Shown here: in pieces, positions 1 through 12,285 of the stretch | Position numbering within the stretch: the stretch's first letter is position 1 | Layout of the letters: each line of letters opens with the position of its first letter | Assembly (NCBI GenBank): GCA_025603075.1 | Contig: MU626427.1 | Span: forward strand, 1-42,136 | DNA: 42,136 bases | Direction of reading: 5' to 3' | DNA from: Neoconidiobolus thromboides FSU 785 | Lineage: Eukaryota > Fungi > Entomophthoromycota | Made by a program: the position numbers and the translations under genes | The notes under the pieces: generated by a model | Told to the model about the DNA's origin: nothing | Database searches by the model: none | Seen by the model: only the letters and a program-made list of their open reading frames with translations

Positions 1-1474
1 AAATTGAGCACATGAAATAATAGTTTGTTTCTTTTCAATACCAGCAATAAGTACTTTTATTTCAGTTAATGGATTATCAACTTCATTTATTGTACTATCT
101 TTATTATCTGATTTAAATATTATTTCAAATGACATATCAACTAAATTAAGTAAAAGTTCATTTTCTTCTTTTGAAAATTTCACTGGTTTAGGTATTAATT
201 GTAATATTGGATAGTATAATAAAATCAATGAAGTATTAACTAATAATTGGAAATAATTATAAACATTTAATTGAGTGTTCTTGTTTACTATTTTATTATT
301 GTTCAATTCCAAATTTAAACTCATTAATATTGTATTCTGTTGATTAAACTCAGATGATGACAACTTTACCTCTTCATTTTTTATTATTGATATTAACTCT
401 TTTTTTTTGTGTTTAATGTTTAAGGTATGTTGGATAATAAATAAATTAATAGCTACAACCTTCTTAAGAAATATTTGATGTCTTTCATATTTTGTGTTCT
501 CTTCACTTTGTCCAACTTCCAAAAAGCGACATTCTCCAATATTTAAATAAGGTACTAAATCCACTTGATCAATATCAAATTTATATGCTGGAAAGTCAAT
601 TATAGCATTAGAATAAGTGATATACCCTAAGTATAACATATTCCATATATTCTTACCTCTTGTATTATGATGACTTACTTGATCTATACAGTCAATGCTT
701 TTCTCTTTCGAGTTGTAACCCAATACTTCACCCATTCTAACAGCTGAAAAATAGTATCTTTCTACTAATTCAAACTTGGAATGAGATAAAGCTAAATAAC
801 TCAATAAGCTTAAAGCAATTACATTGTTACAACTTGGTATTTGATAAGCTATCGGCAACAATAGTCGAATATTTTTCAGACTGTTAGAATAAATAACTTT
901 ATAACTTGGACTATTTTGTGGTAAAGTAAGTTTTGCTAATAAAGCATAAAAAACATGAGTAAGTAGCCCTTTCTTATCTTTTTGAATGATTTGAAATAAA
1001 GTTTCTTTTTGAAGCCATAAATTATTGGGATCTAGAAGAGTCGGTACCATTTTTAATCCAAATTCTAAAAATTGGGCAAAGTTAAATAAGTTATCAATAG
1101 TAGTATAATTTCGATTGATCATGATCGAACTGCTGGTAGTATTGCATAGTTTTAAATGATAAATTATTTTTGTTTTAAATACTTTTATTCTCTTTATTAA
1201 TTCCATTTGCTCCAATTGATTGTATTCTTTCTTCCTTTTATTATTTGCTAGTTGGTCAATTACCCAGCTTAAATAATCTAGTTGTTTTTAAAGATATTAG
1301 TAAACATTATAATTTATATAGTTAAATACCATAGCTAATCTCATTTAATTGAACGTCATTAATTATGTTAACAGTGTAAATATAATGATTTGTTATCCTT
1401 GTTAATTGTTGTATTTGTTCTTTCATTCGATCTTGTCGACTTCTTATCCGCTTTATTATCACTTTTTCTGTCAT
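1..1474 (-). CDS. Fungal_trans (PF04082)-like transcription factor, paralog 1, two exons, 3' end runs off the window
   Basis: Manual translation: exon 1 1474-1330 (MTEKVIIKRIRSRQDRMKEQIQQL...ISY), intron 1329-1278 (GTATTT...CTAG, 52 nt), exon 2 1277-<1 open with no stop. Colinear with the 2085-3820 gene (e.g. YSNSLKNIRLLLP, ERYYFSAVRMGEVLGY). Absent from the ORF track, probably because it has no stop inside the window. Confidence 0.85.
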
Positions 1475-1531
1475 TGGCTAAAATTGCATAGAAGAAATCA
1501 AATGTTTGGAATTGTATTGAAAAAGAAATAG

Positions 1532-1541
1532 TATTTATATA
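1532..1541 (-). promoter_or_regulatory. TATA box of paralog 1
   Basis: TATATAAATA on the minus strand about 58 nt upstream of ATG 1474. Confidence 0.45.
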
Positions 1542-2084
1542 AAGTTAAAGCTTGGGAATATTTAACTTCATTGAATTATGTAAATCAAGTTGCTATTATT
1601 GAATTTAAAAAATAGTTGCAATATTTATACCAATTTAAAATTCAAATTCATCTCAATAAAGGTATGTGTGTTCACATTGTCATCAGGTTACATATTAACA
1701 ATTTTTTTGAACTATGATTGTAATAAATCAGTGTTATACTAGTAATCTCGACTAATTAAATCAACCTTTAGAAGGATATAAAATCTACTTGGTTAGTCGA
1801 ATTTCATTTAGAATAGTTAAAGTTAAAATTTACTAAGCATAAACAAAATCCGTCTGATAACTGTTAAAACAAGAAAATCGATACCAATAATTTTTATAAT
1901 TTAACTAGCTTAAAGGTGTTAATATTTATAATATTTTTTAAATACTTTAATTATAAGTTTACTTATTATCATTATTTAATATTATACTATATCAAAACCA
2001 TACTTATAAATTCTACTCAAATAATTATTATTTATTAAATACATTTCCATTACATCAAAAATAATTTCCAACTCTCATTTATCC

Positions 2085-3820
2085 TTAATTATTCATTATC
2101 TCTTTGACCTTTTTGATGTATTCTGGTGGCAATTGAAATCTATCCAATGCCCTATCAACCTGCTTTAAATTCAACTTAGCATCACTACGCAAAGTTTTTC
2201 TACCTTCCACTGCCAACTCTTTGACTGCTTTTAAAACAATCAATCCACGCTCCTTTGACTTATTTACCTTATCAACATCAAATGACTTCTTATCATTATT
2301 CGATGCATTAGAAATGATGTTCCAATAAACATAAATTAAGTAACAAAATTGAGAACAGGAAAAAATATTTTGATTCATTTCAAGACCCGCAACAAGTACA
2401 GATACTTCTGATATTAAGTTCGTAATAAAGGTTGTTGTGTTTTCATTATTATCCAATTGGAACATTATTTCAAACGATGTGTTTGCTAAATTATACAAAA
2501 GTCGACTCTCTTCTTCTAAAAAGTCAACCGGTTTAGGGGCTAATAAAATGACTGGATAATACAATGATATAATAGTAGTATCAATTAAAACTTTAAAAAA
2601 CCTATATACATTTAATTGTGTATTTTTATCTACTATATCGTTACTATTCAATTCCATATTACAATTCATTAAAGTTGTACAATATGAATTAAACTCTGAT
2701 AAAGGTAATTTTAACTCCTCATTCTCTATTAAAGTTATAATTGTTTGATTTTCACTTTTGATATTTAAGCTATGTCTCAAATTAGCTAAATTAACAGCTA
2801 CAAGCGAGTTAAAAAATTCAGCATGTTTACTTGATTTTTTTCCCACTTCATTTTGACCAATCTCCAAAAACTCACAATGTTCTGTATTTAAATAGGGAGT
2901 TAAATTGATACTATCTATTTGAAAGTGATAAACTGGGAAATCCAATATAGTGGCGCTATAAGCGATGTATGATAGATATAAGGTATTCCATAAATTTTTA
3001 CCTCTTTTACTGTGAAAAATTAGATTATCTATAGATCCCAAGCGTTCTTCTTCTAAATTATAACCTAATATTTCTGCCATTCTAACAGCTGAAAAAAAAT
3101 ATCTTTCCACCAATCCAAAATTGGAATGAGATAAAGCCAAATGACTCAATAGACTAATAGCTATTATATTGTTATGGGTTGGTGTAGAATATGCTTCTGG
3201 TAATAATAATCGAATGTTTTTTAAGCTATTGGAATAGATAAGTTTATAACTTTGGCTATTTTTTGACAAAGTAAACCTAGCTAATAAAGCAAAGTAAACA
3301 TAAGTAAGCAACTCTTCCCTATTTTTTTTAGTCACTTGTAGTAAAGTATCTTTTCCAAGCCATAAATTACAAGGGTCTAAAAGCCCAGGCATAACTTTTA
3401 ATCCAGTTTCCAAAAATCTACCAAAATCAAATAGGTTGGGGATAAAATTGGTTTCTCGGTTGGTGATGATGGGACTATTGGTAATAAAATATATTTTTAA
3501 ATAATGATCCATTTCGGTTTTAAATACTTCCATTCGGTTTATTGCTTCTATTTCATTTAATTGATTATGTTCTTTTTTCTCTCTACTTTTAATCAATCGA
3601 TGTTTTACCCAGCTCAAATATTCTAGTTATTTTTTCAATGATTATAAATATTATAACTATATATTTACTTACCATAGCTAACTCTATGAAGTTGAGCATC
3701 ATTAATAGTACCAATAAAATTAATATGATTATTGATCGTTATTGCCAATTTTTGCATCTGCTCCTTCATTCGATCATGGTTACTTCTTATCCTTCTCTTA
3801 ACCATCAGTTTACCTATCAT
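2085..3820 (-). CDS. Fungal_trans (PF04082)-like transcription factor, paralog 2, two exons, about 561 aa
   Basis: The track ORF starts at a TTG (3617). The likely gene is exon 1 3820-3673 (MIGKLMVKRRIRSNHDRMKEQMQKL...VSY), intron 3672-3623 (GTAAGT...CTAG, 50 nt), exon 2 3622-2085, in frame and with the same intron position and phase as paralog 1. SAVRMAEILGY...RGKNLWNTLY resembles the A.R.A..LG...RR.WW core of the fungal TF middle homology region. Confidence 0.85.
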
Positions 3821-5265
3821 TAATAATTGTAAGATGAATTATTTTAATCCAAAGTTCAATTTTTTTATGACTTTAATTTAATGCGAAATCACTAATGATG
3901 CATAAAGTGAAAGAAAATGGAAAAACACTTTTAACACTTTAAACTGCTTAAAAGACAAAGTAGTAAAAAGGTTATTCTCATATCCCTTACTTTTCTACAT
4001 AACCTCACTAAACTCATTTTCCTTTTATATATTCTAAAACAAAACGTATGGAAACCTTTGCTTCTTTAAGATTTTTTTTAAAAGTCATTCTTTAATTGTT
4101 TTATTCAACTTTGAACTTGGGCACATAAAATTCTCCAAATTGAAATTTTTTATTTATACACTTGATAAAGTTCTTAAAACATTCGCACAGTTATTAAAAT
4201 TGAAATAAAATGACATTTATAGAGATTTAAACTATAAAAATTCATTTTCACTTTAAACAGGTTTTTAAACTTTTTGAACAAATAGGTATATTAATATAGT
4301 ATTTAAACCTTTCTTTTTAAACAAAATCAATCACTTTGTTGCTCTTTGAATCTTGGTATTAAATAACAAGTTTTATTTATCGAACAGTTATCGTTTTTGT
4401 AACTTCAATGTAATCATTATAATTATCTTGAGGCTTATGTTATGATTTAGTATAAGAATGGATTTATAATAACCTACCAATTCTTAAGCATAATAAATAA
4501 AGAATAATGACACTTTTTTATATCTCAGCGTATTAAATTATTTCTTAATATTATTCTATAGTAAAAGTTTGATATAATTACAAAAGGATTAAGGATTGAC
4601 AACAGGTACTTTTACTTAAAGTTTGCGAACTATTACTTTAAAAAGTTTCTTCTTTTATTCTATACTTTTACAGAATACTAAAAATCGAGATTAAATCATC
4701 ATAGCGAATTTTTATTTGTTGAATTTTATTGTTGAAAATGTATAACTCTTAAAACAAACACTCTGTTAAAAGATTATAGTTAAATGAAGACTAATAATTA
4801 TTAATAGATTTATCCCATCTTGGCTATTGTTACTACAAATTATTTAATAATTGCATAATAGTAATTAAATAAAATATTAGAAATTTAGATAGTTTTCATT
4901 TTATTATTAGGCTTATTTTTTTTGCGCTTCTGAAACCCAATTTTAAGAACTTAATGGAAAAATTATATAATAGGTAACTACTTAAAAAGATTGTGACCTT
5001 TTATTATTGAGATTATTAATCAACACAATGAAAATTTATACAATAATAATTAATGAACCTTGAGAAAGTGCACTAAACATTTTATTATTATTATAATCTT
5101 ACTAATTTGATAACTTGATATATTAAACGTTAATAGTATTTTATTAATATTAATATCGCAAATACAGAATAGAATATCAAACTAAAATATAAAGGCAATT
5201 CAAATTTACAAATGAACCTTTTAAGAACTTTATGAAATTTTAAAAGGAGATTAAAATAAATTTAA

Positions 5266-5387
5266 TTATCTTAGTCATCATATAGGGCAACTAATTTTAG
5301 TATTTTCATAAGCATAAGCAAACATTAAAAGTAAAGGTTTTTGATCAAAATATTGAACTTAATTGCCCTATATGATGATTAAAATAA
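5266..5387. repeat. 29-bp imperfect inverted repeat (hairpin or solitary MITE-like element)
   Basis: 5266-5294 TTATCTTAGTCATCATATAGGGCAACTAA versus the reverse complement of 5359-5387 TTATTTTAATCATCATATAGGGCAATTAA: 26/29 identical. Confidence 0.75.
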
Positions 5388-6232
5388 GCTACCAGCTTAA
5401 ATTTAGCAAAGGTGGAGAATAGTAGTTTTTTTAATAGATTAGGATACTATTGTCATTTTTTAGATATTAATTTGGTAAACTCGATATTGTATAACCTAAC
5501 AATTAAGAAAATATTTTCCAATTGTAGTAGTTGTATTTTGTTAAATAACGGTTCTTAAACCACTTTAATATCACTATTAAATTTGAAGATTTGTCCACCA
5601 ATATCATTTGATCTTATTAATAACACATTGAAATGAATACAAAGAAACTTGTACAATCTGAAATTGAAATCCTTCAAATTAAAAAATATAATAACAATTA
5701 AATAAAATGTGTTTTATATTATAAACTAAAATAACTAAAGTAAAACTTTAATAAAATAACAAAACTGTAGTTAACATCTGTTCTTTAATTACAAAACACT
5801 ATTATTATTTGTGGCCAAATCTATTGATAAGGAACTTAGAAAAGATTCAATTTTCCATATTTGGCATCTCATCTACGCTATAATTACATAATTTAACAAG
5901 ATTTAATCAATTTATTAAGAACTTTAAGACAGTTACTTTATTTTGAGCTTAAAATAGAAGGTTGAATGCTTAGCACTTGTTTGTTGAAAAGAACATTTTA
6001 TTATTTAGTTAATGGATAAATTTTTCACATAAAATGATTGGATATAGTAGAATTTAAAGCTCGTTTTAATTCGTTCTGTGACAAATATTTTATTTATAGA
6101 AGTGAGACTCATTAATTTTATTTGTTCTTTAATAAAAAAGTTATTAATTAAAGTTGAAGTTTTCTTTGTTGAAAGTATAAATACAACAATCATTTCTCTA
6201 AAAAAATAAATTAAATTAAATTAAATTGAATC

Positions 6233-7282
6233 ATGATAAATTCGGATAACAGTGACAGGCAAGATGTTTTAGATAAACCTACTAGACAACGTAAGGTGCT
6301 CGATATTAAAACCAAAAAGAGTATAATTGAATTGTCAAAACAAGGTTTAAGTCATCAAACAATTGCCACCAGGTATAGTATTGGAAGGAGTACAGTTACC
6401 AAGATTTTGTTAAATAAGGAGCATATCCTTGAAAATAGTATCGAACACTTCCATGACTTTCGCAAAAGGATAAGAAAGACAGTGTATGATGGTTTAGAGA
6501 CCGAGCTCTTTAAATGGTGTACTGAAGGCGTTTCTATTCCTAATCATAAGGTTTATTATTCCTGCAGTAATCGAAATGAAAAGCGTAACGTTCTTAATCC
6601 CAACATTATTAATGTTCGTGAAGGTGTTGATAAAGATATGATCTTATGGAAGGCCGAGTGTCTAGCTAAAGACATGAATTTGAATGATTTTGTTGCTAAT
6701 AATACTTGGCTTGGGAAGTTTAAAAGGAAGTATTACCTTAACTTCAAAACTGCTAAAAGGCGAACCTACTTAAATGACGGCTTTTCTATTAAGGAATTGA
6801 CTAAGGAATGTAACCCTATTGCTTATCGTCCACCCACCGAAATTCAATCACGTAAAGTTTTAGTTAAAAGCAATGTGCCTCAAAATGTGGACTTATTTAA
6901 TTTATCTAAAGATTATAAAACTAAAAATAGTTCCTTCAGTGTTAGCAATTTATTAAACCCAGCCATTCCTGTATTGAAAGTAGGAGCTTCTAATGATAAA
7001 GTAGATGATGCGAGTGAGGTATCGCCTCCTGAATCTGGAACTTCTTCAGCTCAATCAGCTCCTGTCTTTGAACCTAAACATAGTCCCGAGGTTATTATTC
7101 ATACTGCTTTAATAGAGAAGCGCAAATTAGGGGGCTTAGTAGATAATGAACATAGCCAAAAAAGAAAACCTATTCATAGAACCGAGGAAGACTTTCTTAA
7201 AAACTTTTTCCCAACAAATGTAGAATCAAAATCAAAGTCTGTAGTAACTCCTGAAGCTAAAAATAGAAACATGTTTTATTAA
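6233..7282 (+). CDS. CENP-B/pogo-derived double-HTH DNA-binding protein without DDE domain (copy 1, 349 aa)
   Basis: HTH1 LSHQTIATRYSIGRSTVTKIL; HTH2 LETELFKWCT...ILWKAECLAKDMNLNDFVANNTWLGKFKRKY; VKSNVP motif; low-complexity tail; no N.DETG or other DDE motif; TATAAATA at 6176-6183. Confidence 0.85.
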   Translation: MINSDNSDRQDVLDKPTRQRKVLDIKTKKSIIELSKQGLSHQTIATRYSIGRSTVTKILLNKEHILENSIEHFHDFRKRIRKTVYDGLETELFKWCTEGVSIPNHKVYYSCSNRNEKRNVLNPNIINVREGVDKDMILWKAECLAKDMNLNDFVANNTWLGKFKRKYYLNFKTAKRRTYLNDGFSIKELTKECNPIAYRPPTEIQSRKVLVKSNVPQNVDLFNLSKDYKTKNSSFSVSNLLNPAIPVLKVGASNDKVDDASEVSPPESGTSSAQSAPVFEPKHSPEVIIHTALIEKRKLGGLVDNEHSQKRKPIHRTEEDFLKNFFPTNVESKSKSVVTPEAKNRNMFY

Positions 7283-8231
7283 TTATCTTACTATTTTATG
7301 GTCAAAATCTCTAACAATAAAATAATAATATTTTTTTAATGTGTTTTGATATTAACTTTTAAAATTTCTTAGCTTAACATGCTAAATAAAAAGCCACAAT
7401 TATTCACTAAAAAATTTATTTTTCCACTTGTGAATTAAGTGCTACGAAAGCCTCGGAAAACTCGGAAAATATCACCGTATAGAACATAGCTATCACATTT
7501 GGGACGTTTATTTTATGTTCTATTAAAATTTCTTTTTAAAATTCCTTATGGTAATAAGAATGTTAAATATTCTATGTAAAGGATTAAATAGCAAAGATTT
7601 GATATCTTAATATTATTCATATCAATATTGTTAAAAAATCTTTACAATAGCTATAAATAACTTATTAATTGGTTGTAGTATAAAGTAAGTAAGTACAACG
7701 TTTTAATTTATTTAATTTAGTAAATGACAAATATCAAATTACTATCTGTAATAATAGAAGAAGCCATAATATTGTATAAAAATAAATGTTACTATTCATT
7801 AACTTTATGAATTTAAAATAGCACCATTTTTTTATTGCCAAGTTTTAACTCAAACCCTTCTAAAAGAAAAGTATTCTAATAACTGAAGTCATCACATTGT
7901 TTTCCTTTGCCTAAATTAGATAATACAGTTTATTCATATTGAATAATTGATGGTTTAGATTATAGAGGTTAATATATGGTGCAGATAAAGTAAGCTCATA
8001 ATTTTTAGAAATTACAATATATTCACCATTTTTTTGTCGTTTGTGATTAAAATTTTATTAGTAAGCTAAACTCTATTGTCACATTTGAACTCTAGCAACA
8101 GCAGGCACTACGTTATTATAACGTTTCTATAAATTTATAAATTTAGTTTTATACTATATTTTATACTATAACCTATAAAGTCTATTTTTCGAGCTTTGTT
8201 TATATAAAATAGTAATTCTTAAAAAGGCGAC

Positions 8232-8271
8232 TTTTAAAAATAGAAAAGTGATGAAACTAAAAAACACCCTC
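8232..8271 (+). mobile_element. MITE 3'-end fragment
   Basis: TTTTAAAAATAGAAAAGTGATGAAACTAAAAAACACCCTC matches the right half of the ~98-bp family consensus. Confidence 0.55.
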
Positions 8272-10397
8272 ATTTTATTTAACCTTGAAAAATGAAAATT
8301 AACAATAATTGTTATTTTTCATCTGGCATTTTATTACACAGTAATAAATTTGTACTTGTAATAAAGTAAAGCATTTGCTAGGATCATTTATTGAAATATA
8401 TACTACTATAACATATTCTTTCTTAGTTTTATAGTTCAAATAGTAGTTTAATTTAATAATTAAATTAAAGTTAATATCATTTGCTGATTACTTAATACTA
8501 ACTAAATTATTATGATATCGATGGAATCCCTATTCTTTTTAATAAGGAACAAATTTTTATAGTATTAAATATAAATAAAAACAAAATTTAATGATATGCA
8601 ATAGCCTTAAAAACATTAAATTATAAACTCTATTAGAAATTATTAAGTCATGTACTGGCTTAAATAAAATTAGATTTTAACCTAATTTTTTATATTCACT
8701 TAATTATAAAAATAGTTTAATTCAAATATATTTTTAACAGTAACACACCTGCCTGTAAGGGTCCAAGATTTTTTTAAAGGCACTTTATGTAATATTACTA
8801 TAAACATATCAAATTTAAGATTAAAATCGTTATAATAATGCCTTACTTTTTTAATAAAATAATACTTTTAATTATAATAAAAGTGGTTATATTATTTTTA
8901 TTCGACACTCTATACTATTTCACTCTTTATACATTTTTTGCCTATCATATATGAGAGTGTATTGTCGGTGACTTTTAACATTACCGTTATTCGCTATAAT
9001 AACTTATTTATAAAATTCATAAATCTGATAGATTACTAGATTACATAAATATTTTCAACATTGTATAATATATTGGATCTAATATTTCAAGCATTTTAAT
9101 GTTTACATCTTACTGGAATGTTAAATAACTATTCTTTGTTGATACTAGAAAGCTTTCACTTAGATGCTTTGGGTATATTTTACTTAAAATAAGTAAAGTG
9201 AAAACTTTAATTTATTAATTGTATTCTTCATTGTGTATTTGTTTAATAGCAATTATAAATACATGATTGTTACTTAAACACTTGGTTAAATAATTGTTAT
9301 ATAACAAAATTCTTTTGGCTTATACTTAAAAAGGATAAAACAAAATAAAATAAATTATTTCCGTATGCGGATTTTTTAAAAACTTAGAATTCAACATTTC
9401 TAATACTCTGTAATCCGCAATTAATACTTGTTTTTAACATTCTTCTCTTTTTCCAGCTTATTAGATCCTCATAAAAAAATAGAAACTCTATCTCCAATAA
9501 CATCAATATAAAGTTATTAAAAATAAAATTTTTGCCACCCAAAAAAACACCCTGCATGATAACTACTTAAATTTACACTGGATAACTATTCATTTAAGAG
9601 AATTTCATAATTCCAAGCCTTAAATTTACTAAACAATATAAATTATTAATATAAAAGCTATCAGTATATAAAGCACATTTGAACTTAAACAGTTGTAATA
9701 CATTTCGATATCAAGCTTTATGTTTTTTCGGGTAAAAACGGCTTCTAAATAAGAATTTTGTATTACAGGAATAGCATTTATAATTTAAAAATAGCAAAAA
9801 ATTCATAGAATTATCATCACATCGAATAATAGAATTTTTGATTTATTATTTTGAAATTATATCCAACATGATTACAGGTTGTAAAATTATTTAAAGCCAA
9901 TGATATTAAAGTAAAGGAAGTATCTAAATTTGTACTTGTGATTTTTACCTCTAAGTAACAACTAACGTCTTTTTCTATTCAAATAGATTTTCTAAAGCTT
10001 TCGAAATACAATCGTCACATACCTTTATTTATTGTAATGCGGATATTTATAGCATCGAAAACATTTAATCTAAAAGATATACCCAGATTTACATTTTATT
10101 TTAAATAAAGCATCACCAGAAAACGTGAGGTCACTTAAATGGTAGAAACATTTTAGTCTAGTAAACAGTGATTGGTAATTGTAGAATAGATTTTTTTACC
10201 ATTGAATTAAAAAGATGCGTAGATTCTAAATTAAGAACTAATTTATTTCAAAATAACCATTTTTATAGCTACAAAACAGCTAAGTTCCACAAGATTTATT
10301 ACATTTATTGCTCATTTCCATTGGTATCACCATAGTTCCATTTCAAAATTATATAAACGCATCAAAATACAAAATACTCATAAATAATTAATTTAAG

Positions 10398-11162
10398 ATG
10401 AATTCAACTGATAATATGATAAACAAGGGGGAGAAAACGAGGAATCGCAAGGTGGTAAACCTTAATGTTAAAAGAGCCATTATTCAACTTGGAGAAGAAG
10501 GTTTAAGTCATAAAGCTATAGCTGAGAGGTTTGAAATAGGAAGAAGTACTGTTACCAAAATATTGCTACGTAAAGAAATTATCTTAAAGAGCGATTCAAA
10601 TGAAAATAGTATAATAGAATGTAATAAACCAAGGATATTAAATGAACTCGAATCATTGTTATTTCAATGGTGTACTGGTGAAGGTGAAATCAAATCAGAC
10701 GGAGCCATTTATATCAATAAAAATGTTACTCGTAAATCTATACTCAACAAAGCTAAAGATATAGCTAATGACATGAACTTATCAAACTTCCCGGCTAGTT
10801 TATCATGGTTCAAGGGTTTTGTTGGTAGATACAATATTGTTTTACCAACAAAACAAAAAAGTATTCTAGTTGTTAAAAGTAACGTCCCTGAAGATTATGT
10901 TTTGGGAGGCAAAATAAACTCAAGTATCCCTTTAAGTGTTAGTACACCTCAAGAATATCATTCGATTGCTTCCAGCTTTCCTATGATGTCTAGCGCTTTT
11001 CAAAACTATTCAGAGATTAGTTATAATATTCCTATGAGACCTATTGTAAGTTTTGATTCAAGGCCTAACAACCCATATGGAAATTTTCGCCCTAATGACT
11101 ATGGACTAAATCGTTATAGGGAAAACTCTAGTCATTCTTCAGATTACATTTACTTTCACTAA
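10398..11162 (+). CDS. CENP-B/pogo-derived double-HTH protein without DDE (copy 2, 254 aa)
   Basis: LSHKAIAERFEIGRSTVTKIL; LESLLFQWCT; ILNKAKDIANDMNLSNFPASLSWFKGF; VVKSNVPE; S/P/N/Y-rich tail; TATATAAA at 10350-10357. Confidence 0.85.
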   Translation: MNSTDNMINKGEKTRNRKVVNLNVKRAIIQLGEEGLSHKAIAERFEIGRSTVTKILLRKEIILKSDSNENSIIECNKPRILNELESLLFQWCTGEGEIKSDGAIYINKNVTRKSILNKAKDIANDMNLSNFPASLSWFKGFVGRYNIVLPTKQKSILVVKSNVPEDYVLGGKINSSIPLSVSTPQEYHSIASSFPMMSSAFQNYSEISYNIPMRPIVSFDSRPNNPYGNFRPNDYGLNRYRENSSHSSDYIYFH

Positions 11163-11703
11163 TGTAGCCTTAGATATATTTATTTCATTTTCGATAATTT
11201 TGATGTAGTTTAATAGCAAATAAATAACTTTTCAGTTTTAATGCATTTATTTCTATTTTCTCTGTAGTTCAAACTAAGTACTTATTCTATATTAGTTCAT
11301 AATATTTCACAAAATATATTGTTTGTTCCTTAAATATGATGCTTTGTCATTTTAATATAATCAATTTATAAAATAGGAAATGTGAATATTTATAAATTTG
11401 TATTTCCGGAAAATAGATAAGCACGAATATTTTTATTGATGTGTTCATTTTATAACTAAAACGTGATTTTATATAAACAGTCATTTCGTTTTGTTTATTC
11501 TTATTTAGTTTGTAATAACAAAGTATTGATAACTAATATAATATATAAAAATGTATTTTTTGATTTCATTTTCTGTCCATTTCTAAGCACTATTAACTAG
11601 AAAAATTATTAATAGAGTTTTTAAAAGAAAAAGACATGGCTAAATATATTATTTAATTTATCCTATACATTTTTTAAATTATGAAGAAAAATTAAGCAGG
11701 TTT

Positions 11704-12072
11704 TTAATACTTTATTAAGGTTAAAGATTCTATTCTGACTTCAAAATTTGTTTGGTTCCTTTTCCTCATCTTGTCACTTTCCATAGCATCCTCTACTGAA
11801 TTTCCAAAGCGTTGGCATTGATAAGAACCCTCATTTTTCACACATGATTTAAGATCTTGTACAAAATTTGATTTCTATTTAATTTAGCTTACCATCAATT
11901 CGATTGCCTCTTTTCAATCATATCGCTCTCCATATTCGATGGAAAGTCCTCTGGAGATTGGAATCGAAATGGACCTTATTTTGCCCTTTTCAATCTTACA
12001 AGGATAAGAAAAGATTGGATTATCTTCCCATACTTCCAGAAAGACTCCATTGAATAATGCGATTCTCAAAGT
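11704..12072 (-). pseudogene. Decayed coding relic, possibly LTR-retrotransposon gag
   Basis: One frame of 123 codons with only three internal stops (TGA 11916, TAA 11886, TAG 11877): ...ERYD*KEAIELMVS*IK*KSNFVQDLKSCVKNEGSYQCQRFGNSVEDAME. Locally higher GC. The gag assignment is resemblance by eye only. Confidence 0.4.
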
Positions 12073-12186
12073 TTACTGAATTTAATGTGTAAATTTTTAT
12101 TTTATTGAATAAAATACTGTAGATTTATACCTTTCAAGGGAAGGAAAATTATTGATGTGATGACAAAAAAAACTATGTTAATGTAT

Positions 12187-12285
12187 GAGGATCTATTTTT
12201 GTATTTGAGAATTTTACTAACAATTTTTCCACTTAAATAGTGCTTAAAAAATGGAAAAAGTAATGAAGTCAAAAAAAACATCCTC
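12187..12285 (+). mobile_element. ~98-bp MITE, full length
   Basis: GAGGATC...CATCCTC termini, family core; flanked by a perfect GTAT/GTAT duplication. Confidence 0.85.

Noticed and set aside
3638-3823. 61-aa + strand ORF
   Set aside because: Antisense shadow of exon 1 of the Fungal_trans-like gene.
6005-6193. Small ORFs 6005-6193, 19855-20040 and 28847-29068
   Set aside because: Short, AT-biased, overlapping promoter or intergenic DNA, with no supporting signals.
8109-8123. ACGTTATTATAACGT near-palindrome as a pogo-type terminus
   Set aside because: No partner terminus or consistent element length found.
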